From assembly GCA_964016885.1 (NCBI GenBank), contig OZ024740.1, forward strand, positions 39,122,001 through 39,186,000: a stretch of 64,000 nt of DNA, written 5' to 3'. This DNA is from Eledone cirrhosa (taxonomy: Eukaryota). Under the pieces are notes generated by a model. It was not told the origin of the DNA. It was given only the letters and a program-made list of their open reading frames with translations, and did not search any database. Below, piece after piece: positions 1 through 14,650 of this stretch; positions within the stretch are counted from its first letter, which is position 1; every line of letters starts with the position of its first letter. The position numbers and the translations under genes are program-made.

Positions 1-868
1 AGTATTGTAACTATATAGTGTAGTATTGTAACTATATAACAGTAGTAATGTAACTATATAGTGTAGTATTGTAACTATATAGTGTAGTATTGTAACTATA
101 TAACAGTAGTATTGTAACTAAATATAACAGTAGTATTGTAGCTATATAACAGTAGTATTGTAACTATACAACAGTAGTATTGTAACTATATAACAGTAGT
201 ATTGTAGCTATATAGTGTAGTATTGTAACTATACAACAGTAGCATTGTAACTATATAATAGTAGTATTGTAACTATATAACAGTAGTATTGTAACTATAT
301 AGTGTAGTATTGTAACTATATAACAGTAGTATTGTAACTATATAACAGTAGTAATGTAACTATATAGTGTAGTATTGTAACTATATAGTGTAGTATTTTA
401 ACTATATAACAGTAGTATTGTAACTAAATATAACAGTAGTATTGTAACTATATAACAGTAGTATTGTAATTATATAACAGTAGTATTGTAACTATATAAC
501 AGTAGTATTGTAACTATATAACAGTAGTATTGTAACTATATAACAGTAGTATTGTAACTATATAACAGTAGTATTGTAATTATATAACAGTAGTATTGTA
601 ACTATACAACAGTAGTATTGTAACTATATAGTGTAGTATTGTAACTATATAACAGTAGTATTGTAACTATATAACAGTAGTATTGTAACTATATAGAGTA
701 GTATGGTAGCTATATAGTGTAGTATTGTAACTATACAACAGTAGTATTGTAATTATATAACAGTAGTATTGTAACTATACAACAGTAGTATTGTAACTAT
801 ATAGTGTAGTATTGTAACTATATAACAGTAGTATTGTAACTATATAACAGTAGTATTGTAACTATATA
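1..868. repeat. Block duplicated at about 10025-10892 (offset 10,024)
   Basis: Markers share the offset: CTAAATATAAC 118/10142, TAGTATTTTA 391/10415, ATGGTAGC 703/10727. Confidence 0.85.
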
Positions 869-3789
869 TAACAGTAGTATTGTAACTATATAGTGTAGTA
901 TTGTAACTATATAACAGTAGTATTGTAACTATATAGTGTACTATTGTAACTATATAACAGTAGTATTGTAACTATATATAACAGTAGTATTGTAACTATA
1001 TAGTGTAGTATCGTAACTATATAACAGTAGTATTGTAACTATATAGTGTAGTATTGTAACTATATAACAGTAGTATTGTAACTGTATAGTGTAGTATTGT
1101 AACTATATAACAGTATTATCGTAACTACATAAGAGTAGTATTGTAACTATATAACAGTAGTATTGTAACTATATAACAGTAGTATTGTAACTATATAACA
1201 GCAGTATTGTAACTATATAACAGTAGTATTGTATCTATATAACAGTAGTATTGTGACTATATAACAGTAGTATTGTAACTATATAACAGTAGTATTGTAA
1301 CTATATATAACAGTAGTATTGTAACTATATAACAGTAGTATTGTAACTATATATAACAGTAGTATTGTAACTATATAACAGTAGTATTGTAACTATATAA
1401 CAGTAGTATTGTAACTATATAACAGTAGTATTGTAACTATATAACAGTAGTATTGTAACTATATAACAGTAGTATTGTAACTATATAACAGTAGTATTGT
1501 AACTATACAACAGTAGTATTGTAACTATATAAGAGTAGTATTGTAGCTATATAGTGTAGTATTGTAACTATACAACAGTAGCATTGTAACTATATAATAG
1601 TAGTATTGTAACTATATAACAGTAGTATTGTAACTATATAACAGTAGTATTTTATCTAATTAACAGTAGTATTGTAAGTATATAACAGTAGTATTGTAAC
1701 TGTATAACATTAGTATTGTAACTATATAACAGCAGTATTGTAACTATATAACAGTAGTATTGTAACTATATAACAGTAGTATTGTAACTATATGACAGTA
1801 GTATTGTTAACTATATATAACAGTAGTATTGTAACTATATAGTGTAGTATTGTAACTATATAACAGTAGTATTGTAACTATATAACAGTAGTATTGTAAC
1901 TATATAACAGTAGTATTGTAACTATATAACAGTAGTATTGTAACTATATAGTGTAGTATTGTAACTATATAACAGTAGTATTGTAACTATATAACAGTAG
2001 TATTGTAACTATATAACAGTAGTATTGTAACTATATAACAGTAGTATTGTAACTATATAGTGTAGTATTGTAACTATATAACAGTAGTATTGTAACTATA
2101 TATAACAGTAGTATTGTAACTATATAACAGTAGTATTGTAACTATATAACAGCAGTATTGTAACTATATAACATTAGTATTGTAACTGTATGACAGTAGT
2201 ATTGTAACTATATAACAGTAGTATTGTAACTATATAACAGTAGTATTGTAACTATATAACAGTAGTATTGTAACTATATAACAGTAGTATTGTAACTATA
2301 TATAACAGTAGTATTGTAACTATATATAACAGTAGTATTGTAACTATATAACAGTAGTATTGTAACTATATATAACAGTAGTATTGTAACTATATAACAG
2401 TAGTATTGTAACTATATAGTGTAGTATTGTAACTATATAACAGTAGTATTGTATCTATATAACAGTAGTATTGTAACTATATAACAGTAGTATTGTAACT
2501 ATATAACAGTAGTATTGTAACTATATAGTGTAGTATTGTAACTATATAACAGTAGTATTGTATCTATATAACAGTAGTATTGTAACTATATAACAGTAGA
2601 ATTGTAACTATATAAAGGTAGTATTGTAACTATATAGTGTAGTATTGTAACTATATAACAGTAGTATTGTAACTATATAACAGTAGTATTGTAACTATAT
2701 AGAGTAGTATTGTAGCTATATAGTGTAGTATTGTAACTATACAACAGTAGCATTGTAACTATATAATAGTAGTATTGTAACTATATAACAGTAGTATTGT
2801 AACTATATAACAGTAGTATTTTATTTATTTAACAGTAGTATTGTAACTATATAATAGTAGTATTGTAACTGTATAACAGTAGTATTGTAACTATATAACA
2901 GTGGTATTGTAAATATATAACAGCAGTATTGTAACTATATAACAGTAGTATTGTAACTATATAACAGTAGTATTGTAACTATGACAGTAGTATTGTAACT
3001 ATATATAACAGTAGTATTGTAACTATATAGTGTAGTATTGTAACTATATAACAGTAGTATTGTAACTATATAACAGTAGTATTGTAACTATATAACAGTA
3101 GTATTGTAACTATATAACAGTAGTATTGTAACTATATAGTGTAGTATTGTAACTATATAACAGTAGTATTGTAACTATATAACAGTAGTATTGTAACTAT
3201 ATAACAGTAGTATTGTAACTATATAACAGTAGTATTGTAACTATATAGTGTAGTATTGTAACTATATAACAGTAGTATTGTAACTATATATAACAGTAGT
3301 ATTTTAACTATATAACAGTAGTATTGTAACTATATAACAGCAGTATTGTAACTATATAACAGTAGTATTGTAACTGTATGACAGTAGTATTGTAACTATA
3401 TAACAGTAGTATTGTAACTATATAACAGTAGTATTGTAACTATATATAACAGTAGAATTGTAACTATATAACAGTAGTATTGTAACTATATAACAGTAGT
3501 ATTGTAACTATATAACAGTAGTATCGTAACTATATGACAGTAGTATTGTAAGTATATAACAGTAGTATTGTAACTATATAACAGTAGAATTGTAACTATA
3601 TAACAGTAGTATTGTAACTATATAGTGTAGTATTGTAACTATATAACAGTAGTATTGTAACTATATAACAGTAGTAATGTAACTATATAGTGTAGTATTG
3701 TAACTATATAGTGTAGTATTGTAACTATATAACAGTAGTATTGTAACTAAATATAACAGTAGTATTGTAACTATATAACAGTAGTATTG

Positions 3790-6700
3790 TAATTATATAA
3801 CAGTAGTATTGTAACTATATAACAGTAGTATTGTAACTATATAACAGTAGTATTGTAACTATATAACAGTAGTATTGTAACTATATAACAGTAGTATTGT
3901 AATTATATAACAGTAGTATTGTAACTATACAACAGTAGTATTGTAACTATATAGTGTAGTATTGTAACTATATAACAGTAGTATTGTAACTATATAACAG
4001 TAGTATTGTAACTATATAGAGTAGTATGGTAGCTATATAGTGTAGTATTGTAACTATACAACAGTAGTATTGTAATTATATAACAGTAGTATTGTAACTA
4101 TACAACAGTAGTATTGTAACTATATAGTGTAGTATTGTAACTATATAACAGTAGTATTGTAACTATATAACAGTAGTATTGTAACTATATAGAGTAGTAT
4201 TGTAGCTATATAGTGTAGTATTGTAACTATACAACAGTAGCATTGTAACTATATAATAGTAGTATTGTAACTATATAACAGTAGTATTGTAACTATATAA
4301 CAGTAGTAATTTAAATAATTAACAGTATTATCGTAAGTATATAACAGTAGTATTGTAACTGTATAACAGTAGTATTGTAACTATATGACAGTAGTATTGT
4401 AACTATATATAACAGTAGTATTGTAACTATATAGTGTAGTATTGTAACTATATAACAGTAGTATTGTAACTATATAACAGTAGTATTGTAACTATATAAC
4501 AGTAGTATTGTAACTATATAGTGTAGTATTGTAACTATATAACAGTAGTATTGTAACTATATAACAGTAGTATTGTAACTATATAACAGTAGTATTGTAA
4601 CTATATAACAGTAGTATTGTAACTATATAGTGTAGTATTGTAACTATATAACAGTAGTATTGTAACTATATATAACAGTAGTATTGTAACTATATAACAG
4701 TAGTATTGTAACTATATAACAGCAGTATTGTAACTATATAACAGTAGTATTGTAAGTGTATGACAGTAGTATTGTAACTATATAACAGTAGTATTGTAAC
4801 TATATAACAGTAGTATTGTAACTATATAACAGTAGTATTGTAACTATATAACAGTAGTATTGTAAATATATAACAGTAGTATTGTAACTATATAACAGTA
4901 GTATTGTAACTATATAACAGTAGTATTGTAACTATATATAACAGTAGTATTGTAACTATATAGTGTAGTATTGTAACTATATAACAGTAGTATTGTAACT
5001 ATATATATCAGTAGTATTGTAACTATATAACAGTAGTATTGTAACTAAATAACAGTAGTAATGTAACTATATAACAATATTATTGTAACTATATAACAGT
5101 AGTATCGTAACTATATAACAGTAGTAATGTAACTATATAGTGTAGTATTGTAACTATATAACAGTAGTATTGTAACTATATAGTGTAGTATTGTAACTAT
5201 ATAACAGTAGTATCGTAACTACATAACAGTAGTATTGTAACTATATAACAGTAGTATTGTAACTATATAACAGTAGTAATGTAACTATATAACAGAAGCA
5301 TTGTAAATATATAGTGTAGTATCGTAACTATATAACAGTAGTATTGTAACTATATAACAGTAGTATTGTAACTATATATAACAGTAGTATTGTAACTATA
5401 TAGTTTAGTATTGTAACTATATAACAGTAGTGTTGTAACTATATATAACAGTAGTATTGTAACTATATAGTGTAGTATCGTAACTATATAACAGTAGTAT
5501 TGTAACTATATATAAGAGTAGTATTGTAACTATATAGTGTAGTATTGTAACTATATAACAGTAGTATTGTAACTATATAGTGTAGTATTGTAACTATATA
5601 ACAGTAGTATCGTAACTACATAACAGTAGTATTGTAACTATATAACAGTAGTATTGTAACTATATAACAGTAGTATTGTAACTATATAACAGTAGTATTG
5701 TAACTATATAACAGTAGTATTGTAACTATATAACAGTAGTATTGTAATTATATAACAGTAGTATTGTAACTATATAACAGTAGTATTGTAACTATATAAC
5801 AGTAGTATTGTAACTATATAACAGTAGTATTGTAACTATATAACAGTAGTATTGTAATTATATAACAGTAGTATTGTAACTATACAACAGTAGTATTGTA
5901 ACTATATAGTGTAGTATTGTAACTATATAACAGTAGTATTGTAACTATATAACAGTAGTATTGTAACTATATAGAGTAGTATGGTAGCTATATAGTGTAG
6001 TATTGTAACTATACAACAGTAGTATTGTAATTATATAACAGTAGTATTGTAACTATACAACAGTAGTATTGTAACTATATAGTGTAGTATTGTAACTATA
6101 TAACAGTAGTATTGTAACTATATAACAGTAGTATTGTAACTATATAGAGTAGTATTGTAGCTATATAATGTAGTATTGTAACTATACAACAGTAGCATTG
6201 TAACTATATAATAGTAGTATTGTAACTATATAACAGTAGTATTGTAACTATATAACAGTAGTAATTTATCTAATTAACAGTAGTATCGTAAGTATATAAC
6301 AGTAGTATTGTAACTGTATAACAGTAGTATTGTAACTATATGACAGTAGTATTGTAACTATATATAACAGTAGTATTGTAACTATATAGTGTAGTATTGT
6401 AACTATATAACAGTAGTATTGTAACTATATAACAGTAGTATTGTAACTATATAACAGTAGTATTGTAACTATATAGTGTAGTATTGTAACTATATAACAG
6501 TAGTATTGTAACTATATAACAGTAGTATTGTAACTATATAACAGTAGTATTGTAACTATATAACAGTAGTATTGTAACTATATAGTGTAGTATTGTAACT
6601 ATATAACAGTAGTATTGTAACTATATATAACAGTAGTATTGTAACTATATAACAGTAGTATTGTAACTATATAACAGCAGTATTGTAACTATATAACAGT

Positions 6701-7600
6701 AGTATTGTAACTGTATGACAGTAGTATTGTAACTATATAACAGTAGTATTGTAACTATATAACAGTAGTATTGTAACTATATAACAGTAGTATTGTAACT
6801 ATATAACAGTAGTATTGTAACTATATATAACAGTAGTATTGTAACTATATAGTGTAGTATTGTAACTATATAACAGTAGTATTGTAACTATATATATCAG
6901 TAGTATTGTAACTATATAACAGTAGTATTGTAACTAAATAACAGTAGTAATGTAACTATATAACAATATTATTGTAACTATATAACAGTAGTATCGTAAC
7001 TATATAACAGTAGTAATGTAACTATATAGTGTAGTATTGTAACTATATAACAGTAGTATTGTAACTATATAGTGTAGTATTGTAACTATATAACAGTAGT
7101 ATCGTAACTACATAACAGTAGTATTGTAACTATATAACAGTAGTATTGTAACTATATAACAGTAGTAATGTAACTATATAACAGAAGCATTGTAAATATA
7201 TAGTGTAGTATCGTAACTATATAACAGTAGTATTGTAACTATATAACAGTAGTATTGTAACTATATATAACAGTAGTATTGTAACTATATAGTTTAGTAT
7301 TGTAACTATATAACAGTAGTATTGTAACTATATATAACAGTAGTATTGTAACTATATAGTGTAGTATCGTAACTATATAACAGTAGTATTGTAACTATAT
7401 ATAAGAGTAGTATTGTAACTATATAGTGTAGTATTGTAACTATATAACAGTAGTATTGTAACTATATAGTGTAGTATTGTAACTATATAACAGTAGTATC
7501 GTAACTACATAACAGTAGTATTGTAACTATATAACAGTAGTATTGTAACTATATAACAGTAGTATTGTAACTATATAACAGTAGTATTGTAACTATATAA
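3790..7600. repeat. Tandem duplication of about 1.9 kb (offset 1,955, then 1,889)
   Basis: ATGGTAGC 4026/5981, TATATATCAG 5002/6891 and AGTTTAGTA 5402/7291. The 66-bp change in offset equals three 22-mers. Confidence 0.85.
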
Positions 7601-10600
7601 CAGTAGTATTGTATCTATATGACAGTAGTATTGTAACTGTATAACAGTAGTATTGTAACTATATAACAGCAGTAGTGTAACTATATAGTGTAGTATTGTA
7701 ACTATATACCAGTAGTATCGTAACTACATAACAGTAGTATTGTAACTATATAACAGTAGTATTGTAACTATATAGTGTAGTATTGTAACTATATAACAGT
7801 AGTATCGTAACTACATAACAGTAGTATTGTAACTCTATAACAGTAGTATTGTAACTATATAACAGTAGTAATGTAACTATATAACAGAAGCATTGTAAAT
7901 ATATAGTGTAGTATCGTAGCTATATAACAGTAGTATTGTAACTATATAACAGTAGTATTGTAACTATATATAACAGTAGTATTGTAACTATATAGTGTAG
8001 TATTGTAACTATATAACAGTAGTATTGTAACTATATAGTGTACTATTGTAACTATATAACAGTAGTATTGTAACTATATATAACAGTAGTATTGTAACTA
8101 TATAGTGTAGTATCGTAACTATATAACAGTAGTATTGTAACTATATAGTGTAGTATTGTAACTATATAACAGTAGTATTGTAACTGTATAGTGTAGTATT
8201 GTAACTATATAACAGTATTATCGTAACTACATAAGAGTAGTATTGTAACTATATAACAGTAGTATTGTAACTATATAACAGTAGTATTGTAACTATATAA
8301 CAGTAGTATTGTAACTATATAACAGTAGTATTGTATCTATATAACAGTAGTATTGTGACTATATAACAGTAGTATTGTAACTATATAACAGTAGTATTGT
8401 AACTATATATAACAGTAGTATTGTAACTATATAACAGTAGTATTGTAACTATATATAACAGTAGTATTGTAACTATATAACAGTAGTATTGTAACTATAT
8501 AACAGTAGTATTGTAACTATATAACAGTAGTATTGTAACTATATAACAGTAGTAATGTAACTATATAGTGTAGTATTGTAACTATATAGTGTAGTATTGT
8601 AACTATATAACAGTAGTATTGTAACTATATATAACAGTAGTATTGTAACTATATAACAGTAGCATTGTAACTATATAACAGTAGTATTGTAACTATATAA
8701 CAGTAGTATTGTAACTATATAACAGTAGTATTGTAACTATATAACAGTAGTATTGTAACTATATAATAGTAGTATTGTAATTATATAACAGTAGTATTGT
8801 AACTATACAATAGTAGTATTGTAACTATATAACAGTAGTATTGTAACTATATAGAGTAGTATTGTAGCTATATAGTGTAGTATTGTAACTATACAACAGT
8901 AGCATTGTAACTATATAATAGTAGTATTGTAACTATATAACAGTAGTATTGTAACGATATAACAGTAGTATTTTATCTAATTAACAGTAGTATTGTAAGT
9001 ATATAACAGTAGTATTGTAACTGTATAACAGTAGTATTGTAACTATATAACAGTAGTATTGTAAAATATATAACAGCAGTATTGTAACTATATAACAGTA
9101 GTATTGTAACTATATAACAGTAGTATTGTAACTATATGACAGTAGTATTGTAACTATATATAACAGTAGTATTGTAACTATATAGTGTAGTATTGTAACT
9201 ATATAACAGTAGTATTGTAACTATATAACAGTAGTATTGTAACTATATAACAGTAGTATTGTAACTATATAACAGTAGTATTGTAACTATATAGTGTAGT
9301 ATTGTAACTATATAACAGTAGTATTGTAACTATATGACAGTAGTATTGTAACTATATATAACAGTAGTATTGTAACTATATAGTGTAGTATTGTAACTAT
9401 ATAACAGTAGTATTGTAACTATATAACAGTAGTATTGTAACTATATAACAGTAGTATTGTAACTATATAACAGTAGTATTGTAACTATATAACAGTAGTA
9501 TTGTAACTATATAACAGTTGTATTGTATCTATATAACAGTAGTATTGTAACTATATAACAGTAGTATTGTAACTATATATAACAGTAGTATTGTAACTAT
9601 ATAAGAGTAGTATTGTAACTATATAACAGTAGTATTGTAAATATATAACAGTAGTATTGTAACTATATAACAGTAGTAATGTAACTATATAGTGTAGTAT
9701 TGTAACTATATAGTGTAGTATTGTAACTATATAACAGTAGTATTGTAACTATATATAACAGTAGTATTGTAACTATATAACAGTAGTATTGTAACTATAT
9801 AACAGTAGTATTGTAACTATATAACAGTAGTATTGTAACTATATAACTGTAGTATTGTAACTATATAACAGTAGTATTGTAACTATACAACAGTAGTATT
9901 GTAACTATATAACAGTAGTATTGTAGCTATATAGTGTAGTATTGTAACTATACAACAGTAGCATTGTAACTATATAATAGTAGTATTGTAACTATATAAC
10001 AGTAGTAATGTAACTATATAGTGTAGTATTGTAACTATATAGTGTAGTATTGTAACTATATAACAGTAGTAATGTAACTATATAGTGTAGTATTGTAACT
10101 ATATAGTGTAGTATTGTAACTATATAACAGTAGTATTGTAACTAAATATAACAGTAGTATTGTAGCTATATAACAGTAGTATTGTAACTATACAACAGTA
10201 GTATTGTAACTATATAACAGTAGTATTGTAGCTATATAGTGTAGTATTGTAACTATACAACAGTAGCATTGTAACTATATAATAGTAGTATTGTAACTAT
10301 ATAACAGTAGTATTGTAACTATATAGTGTAGTATTGTAACTATATAACAGTAGTATTGTAACTATATAACAGTAGTAATGTAACTATATAGTGTAGTATT
10401 GTAACTATATAGTGTAGTATTTTAACTATATAACAGTAGTATTGTAACTAAATATAACAGTAGTATTGTAACTATATAACAGTAGTATTGTAATTATATA
10501 ACAGTAGTATTGTAACTATATAACAGTAGTATTGTAACTATATAACAGTAGTATTGTAACTATATAACAGTAGTATTGTAACTATATAACAGTAGTATTG

Positions 10601-13600
10601 TAATTATATAACAGTAGTATTGTAACTATACAACAGTAGTATTGTAACTATATAGTGTAGTATTGTAACTATATAACAGTAGTATTGTAACTATATAACA
10701 GTAGTATTGTAACTATATAGAGTAGTATGGTAGCTATATAGTGTAGTATTGTAACTATACAACAGTAGTATTGTAATTATATAACAGTAGTATTGTAACT
10801 ATACAACAGTAGTATTGTAACTATATAGTGTAGTATTGTAACTATATAACAGTAGTATTGTAACTATATAACAGTAGTATTGTAACTATATAGAGTAGTA
10901 TTGTAGCTATATAGTGTAGTATTGTAACTATACAACAGTAGCATTGTAACTATATAATAGTAGTATTGTAACTATATAACAGTAGTATTGTAACTATATA
11001 ACAGTAGTATTTTATCTAATTAACAGTAGTATCGTAAGTATATAACAGTAGTATTGTAACTGTATAACAGTAGTATTGTAACTATATGACAGTAGTATTG
11101 TAACTATATATAACAGTAGTATTGTAACTAAATAGTGTAGTATTGTAACTATATAACAGTAGTATTGTAACTATATAACAGTAGTATTGTAACTATATAA
11201 CAGTAGTATTGTAACTATATAGTGTAGTATTGTAACTATATAACAGTAGTATTGTAACTATATAACAGTAGTATTGTAACTATATAACAGTAGTATTGTA
11301 ACTATATAACAGTAGTATTGTAACTATATAGTGTAGTATTGTAACTATATAACAGTAGTATTGTAACTATATATAACAGTAGTATTGTAACTATATAACA
11401 GTAGTATTGTAACTATATAACAGCAGTATTGTAACTATATAACAGTAGTATTGTAACTGTATGACAGTAGTATTGTAACTATATAACAGTAGTATTGTAA
11501 CTATATATAACAGTAGTATTGTAACTATATAGTGTAGTATTGTAACTATATAACAGTAGTATTGTAACTATATATATCAGTAGTATTGTAACTATATAAC
11601 AGTAGTATTGTAACTAAATAACAGTAGTAATGTAACTATATAACAATATTATTGTAACTATATAACAGTAGTATCGTAACTATATAACAGTAGTAATGTA
11701 ACTATATAGTGTAGTATTGTAACTATATAACAGTAGTATTGTAACTATATAGTGTAGTATTGTAACTATATAACAGTAGTATCGTAACTACATAACAGTA
11801 GTATTGTAACGATATAACAGTAGTATTGTAACTATATAACAGTAGTAATGTAACTATATAACAGAAGCATTGTAAATATATAGTGTAGTATCGTAACTAT
11901 ATAACAGTAGTATTGTAACTATATAACAGTAGTATTGTAACTATATATAACAGTAGTATTGTAACTATATAGTGTAGTATTGTAACTATATAACAGTAGT
12001 ATTGTAACTATATATAACAGTAGTATTGAAACTATATAGTGTAGTATCGTAACTATATAACAGTAGTATTGTAACTATATATAAGAGTAGTATTGTAACT
12101 ATATAGTGTAGTATTGTAACTATATAACAGTAGTATTGTAACTATATAGTGTAGTATTGTAACTATATAACAGTAGTATCGTAACTACATAACAGTAGTA
12201 TTGTAACTATATAACAGTAGTATTGTAACTATATAACAGTAGTATTGTAACTATATAACAGTAGTATTGTAACTATATAACAGTAGTATTGTATCTATAT
12301 GACAGTAGTATTGTAACTGTATAACAGTAGTATTGTAACTATATAACAGCAGTAGTGTAACTATATAGTGTAGTATTGTAACTATATACCAGTAGTATCG
12401 TAACTACATAACAGTAGTATTGTAACTATATAACAGTAGTATTGTAACTATATAGTGTAGTATTGTAACTATATAACAGTAGTATCGTAACTACATAACA
12501 GTAGTATTGTAACTATATAACAGTAGTATTGTAACTATATAACAGTAGTAATGTAACTATATAACAGAAGCATTGTAAATATATAGTGTAGTATCGTAGC
12601 TATATAACAGTAGTATTGTAACTATATAACAGTAGTATTGTAACTATATATAACAGTAGTATTGTAACTATATAGTGTAGTATTTTAACTATATAACAGT
12701 AGTATTGTAACTATATAGTGTACTATTGTAACTATATAACAGTAGTATTGTAACTATATATAACAGTAGTATTGTAACTATATAGTGTAGTATCGTAACT
12801 ATATAACAGTAGTATTGTAACTATATAGTGTAGTATTGTAACTATATAACAGTAGTATTGTAACTGTATAGTGTAGTATTGTAACTATATAACAGTATTA
12901 TCGTAACTACATAAGAGTAGTATTGTAACTATATAACAGTAGTATTGTAACTATATAACAGTAGTATTGTAACTATATAACAGTAGTATTGTAACTATAT
13001 AACAGTAGTATTGTATCTATATAACAGTAGTATTGTGACTATATAACAGTAGTATTGTAACTATATAACAGTAGTATTGTAACTATATATAACAGTAGTA
13101 TTGTAACTATATAACAGTAGTATTGTAACTATATATAACAGTAGTATTGTAACTATATAACAGTAGTATTGTAACTATATAACAGTAGTATTGTAACTAT
13201 ATAACAGTAGAATTGTAACTATATAACAGTAGTAATGTAACTATATAGTGTAGTATTGTAACTATATAGTGTAGTATTGTAACTATATAACAGTAGTATT
13301 GTAACTATATATAACAGTAGTATTGTAACTATATAACAGTAGCATTGTAACTATATAACAGTAGTATTGTAACTATATAACAGTAGTATTGTAACTATAT
13401 AACAGTAGTATTGTAACTATATAACAGTAGTATTGTAACTATATAACAGTAGTATTGTAACTATATAATAGTAGTATTGTAATTATATAACAGTAGTATT
13501 GTAACTATACAATAGTAGTATTGTAACTATATAACAGTAGTATTGTAACTATATAGAGTAGTATTGTAGCTATATAGTGTAGTATTGTAACTATACAACA

Positions 13601-14650
13601 GTAGCATTGTAACTATATAATAGTAGTATTGTAACTATATAACAGTAGTATTGTAACAATATAACAGTAGTATTTTATCTAATTAACAGTAGTATTGTAA
13701 GTATATAACAGTAGTATTGTAACTGTATAACAGTAGTATTGTAACTATATAACAGTAGTATTGTAAAATATATAACAGCAGTATTGTAACTATATAACAG
13801 TAGTATTGTAACTATATAACAGTAGTATTGTAACTATATGACAGTAGTATTGTAACTATATATAACAGTAGTATTGTAACTATATAGTGTAGTATTGTAA
13901 CTATATAACAGTAGTATTGTAACTATATAACAGTAGTATTGTAACTATATAACAGTAGTATTGTAACTATATAACAGTAGTATTGTAACTATATAGTGTA
14001 GTATTGTAACTATATAACAGTAGTATTGTAACTATATGACAGTAGTATTGTAACTATATATAACAGTAGTATTGTAACTATATAGTGTAGTATTGTAACT
14101 ATATAACAGTAGTATTGTAACTATATAACAGTAGTATTGTAACTATATAACAGTAGTATTGTAACTATATAACAGTAGTATTGTAACTATATAACAGTAG
14201 TATTGTAACTATATAACAGTAGTATTGTATCTATATAACAGTAGTATTGTAACTATATAACAGTAGTATTGTAACTATATATAACAGTAGTATTGTAACT
14301 ATATAAGAGTAGTATTGTAACTATATAACAGTAGTATTGTAAATATATAACAGTAGTATTGTAACTATATAACAGTAGTAATGTAACTATATAGTGTAGT
14401 ATTGTAACTATATAGTGTAGTATTGTAACTATATAACAGTAGTATTGTAACTATATATAACAGTAGTATTGTAACTATATAACAGTAGTATTGTAACTAT
14501 ATAACAGTAGTATTGTAACTATATAACAGTAGTATTGTAACTATATAACTGTAGTATTGTAACTATATAACAGTAGTATTGTAACTATACAACAGTAGCA
14601 TTGTAACTATATAACAGTAGTATTGTAGCTATATAGTGTAGTATTGTAAC
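5700..14650. repeat. Near-tandem duplication of about 4.2 kb with period about 4.7 kb (about 5700-9950 vs 10450-14650)
   Basis: Offset 4,746 (ATGG 5981/10727). Offset 4,680 (lines 6901/11581, 7621/12301 and 8221/12901 are identical). Offset 4,702 (GTAAAATATA 9061/13763; AACTGT 9845/14547). Confidence 0.9.

Noticed and set aside
590-615. Resemblance of GTAGTATTGT/AACTATACAAC to let-7 arms
   Set aside because: The let-7 seed GAGGTAG is missing, there is no precursor hairpin, and short AT-rich similarity is expected by chance.
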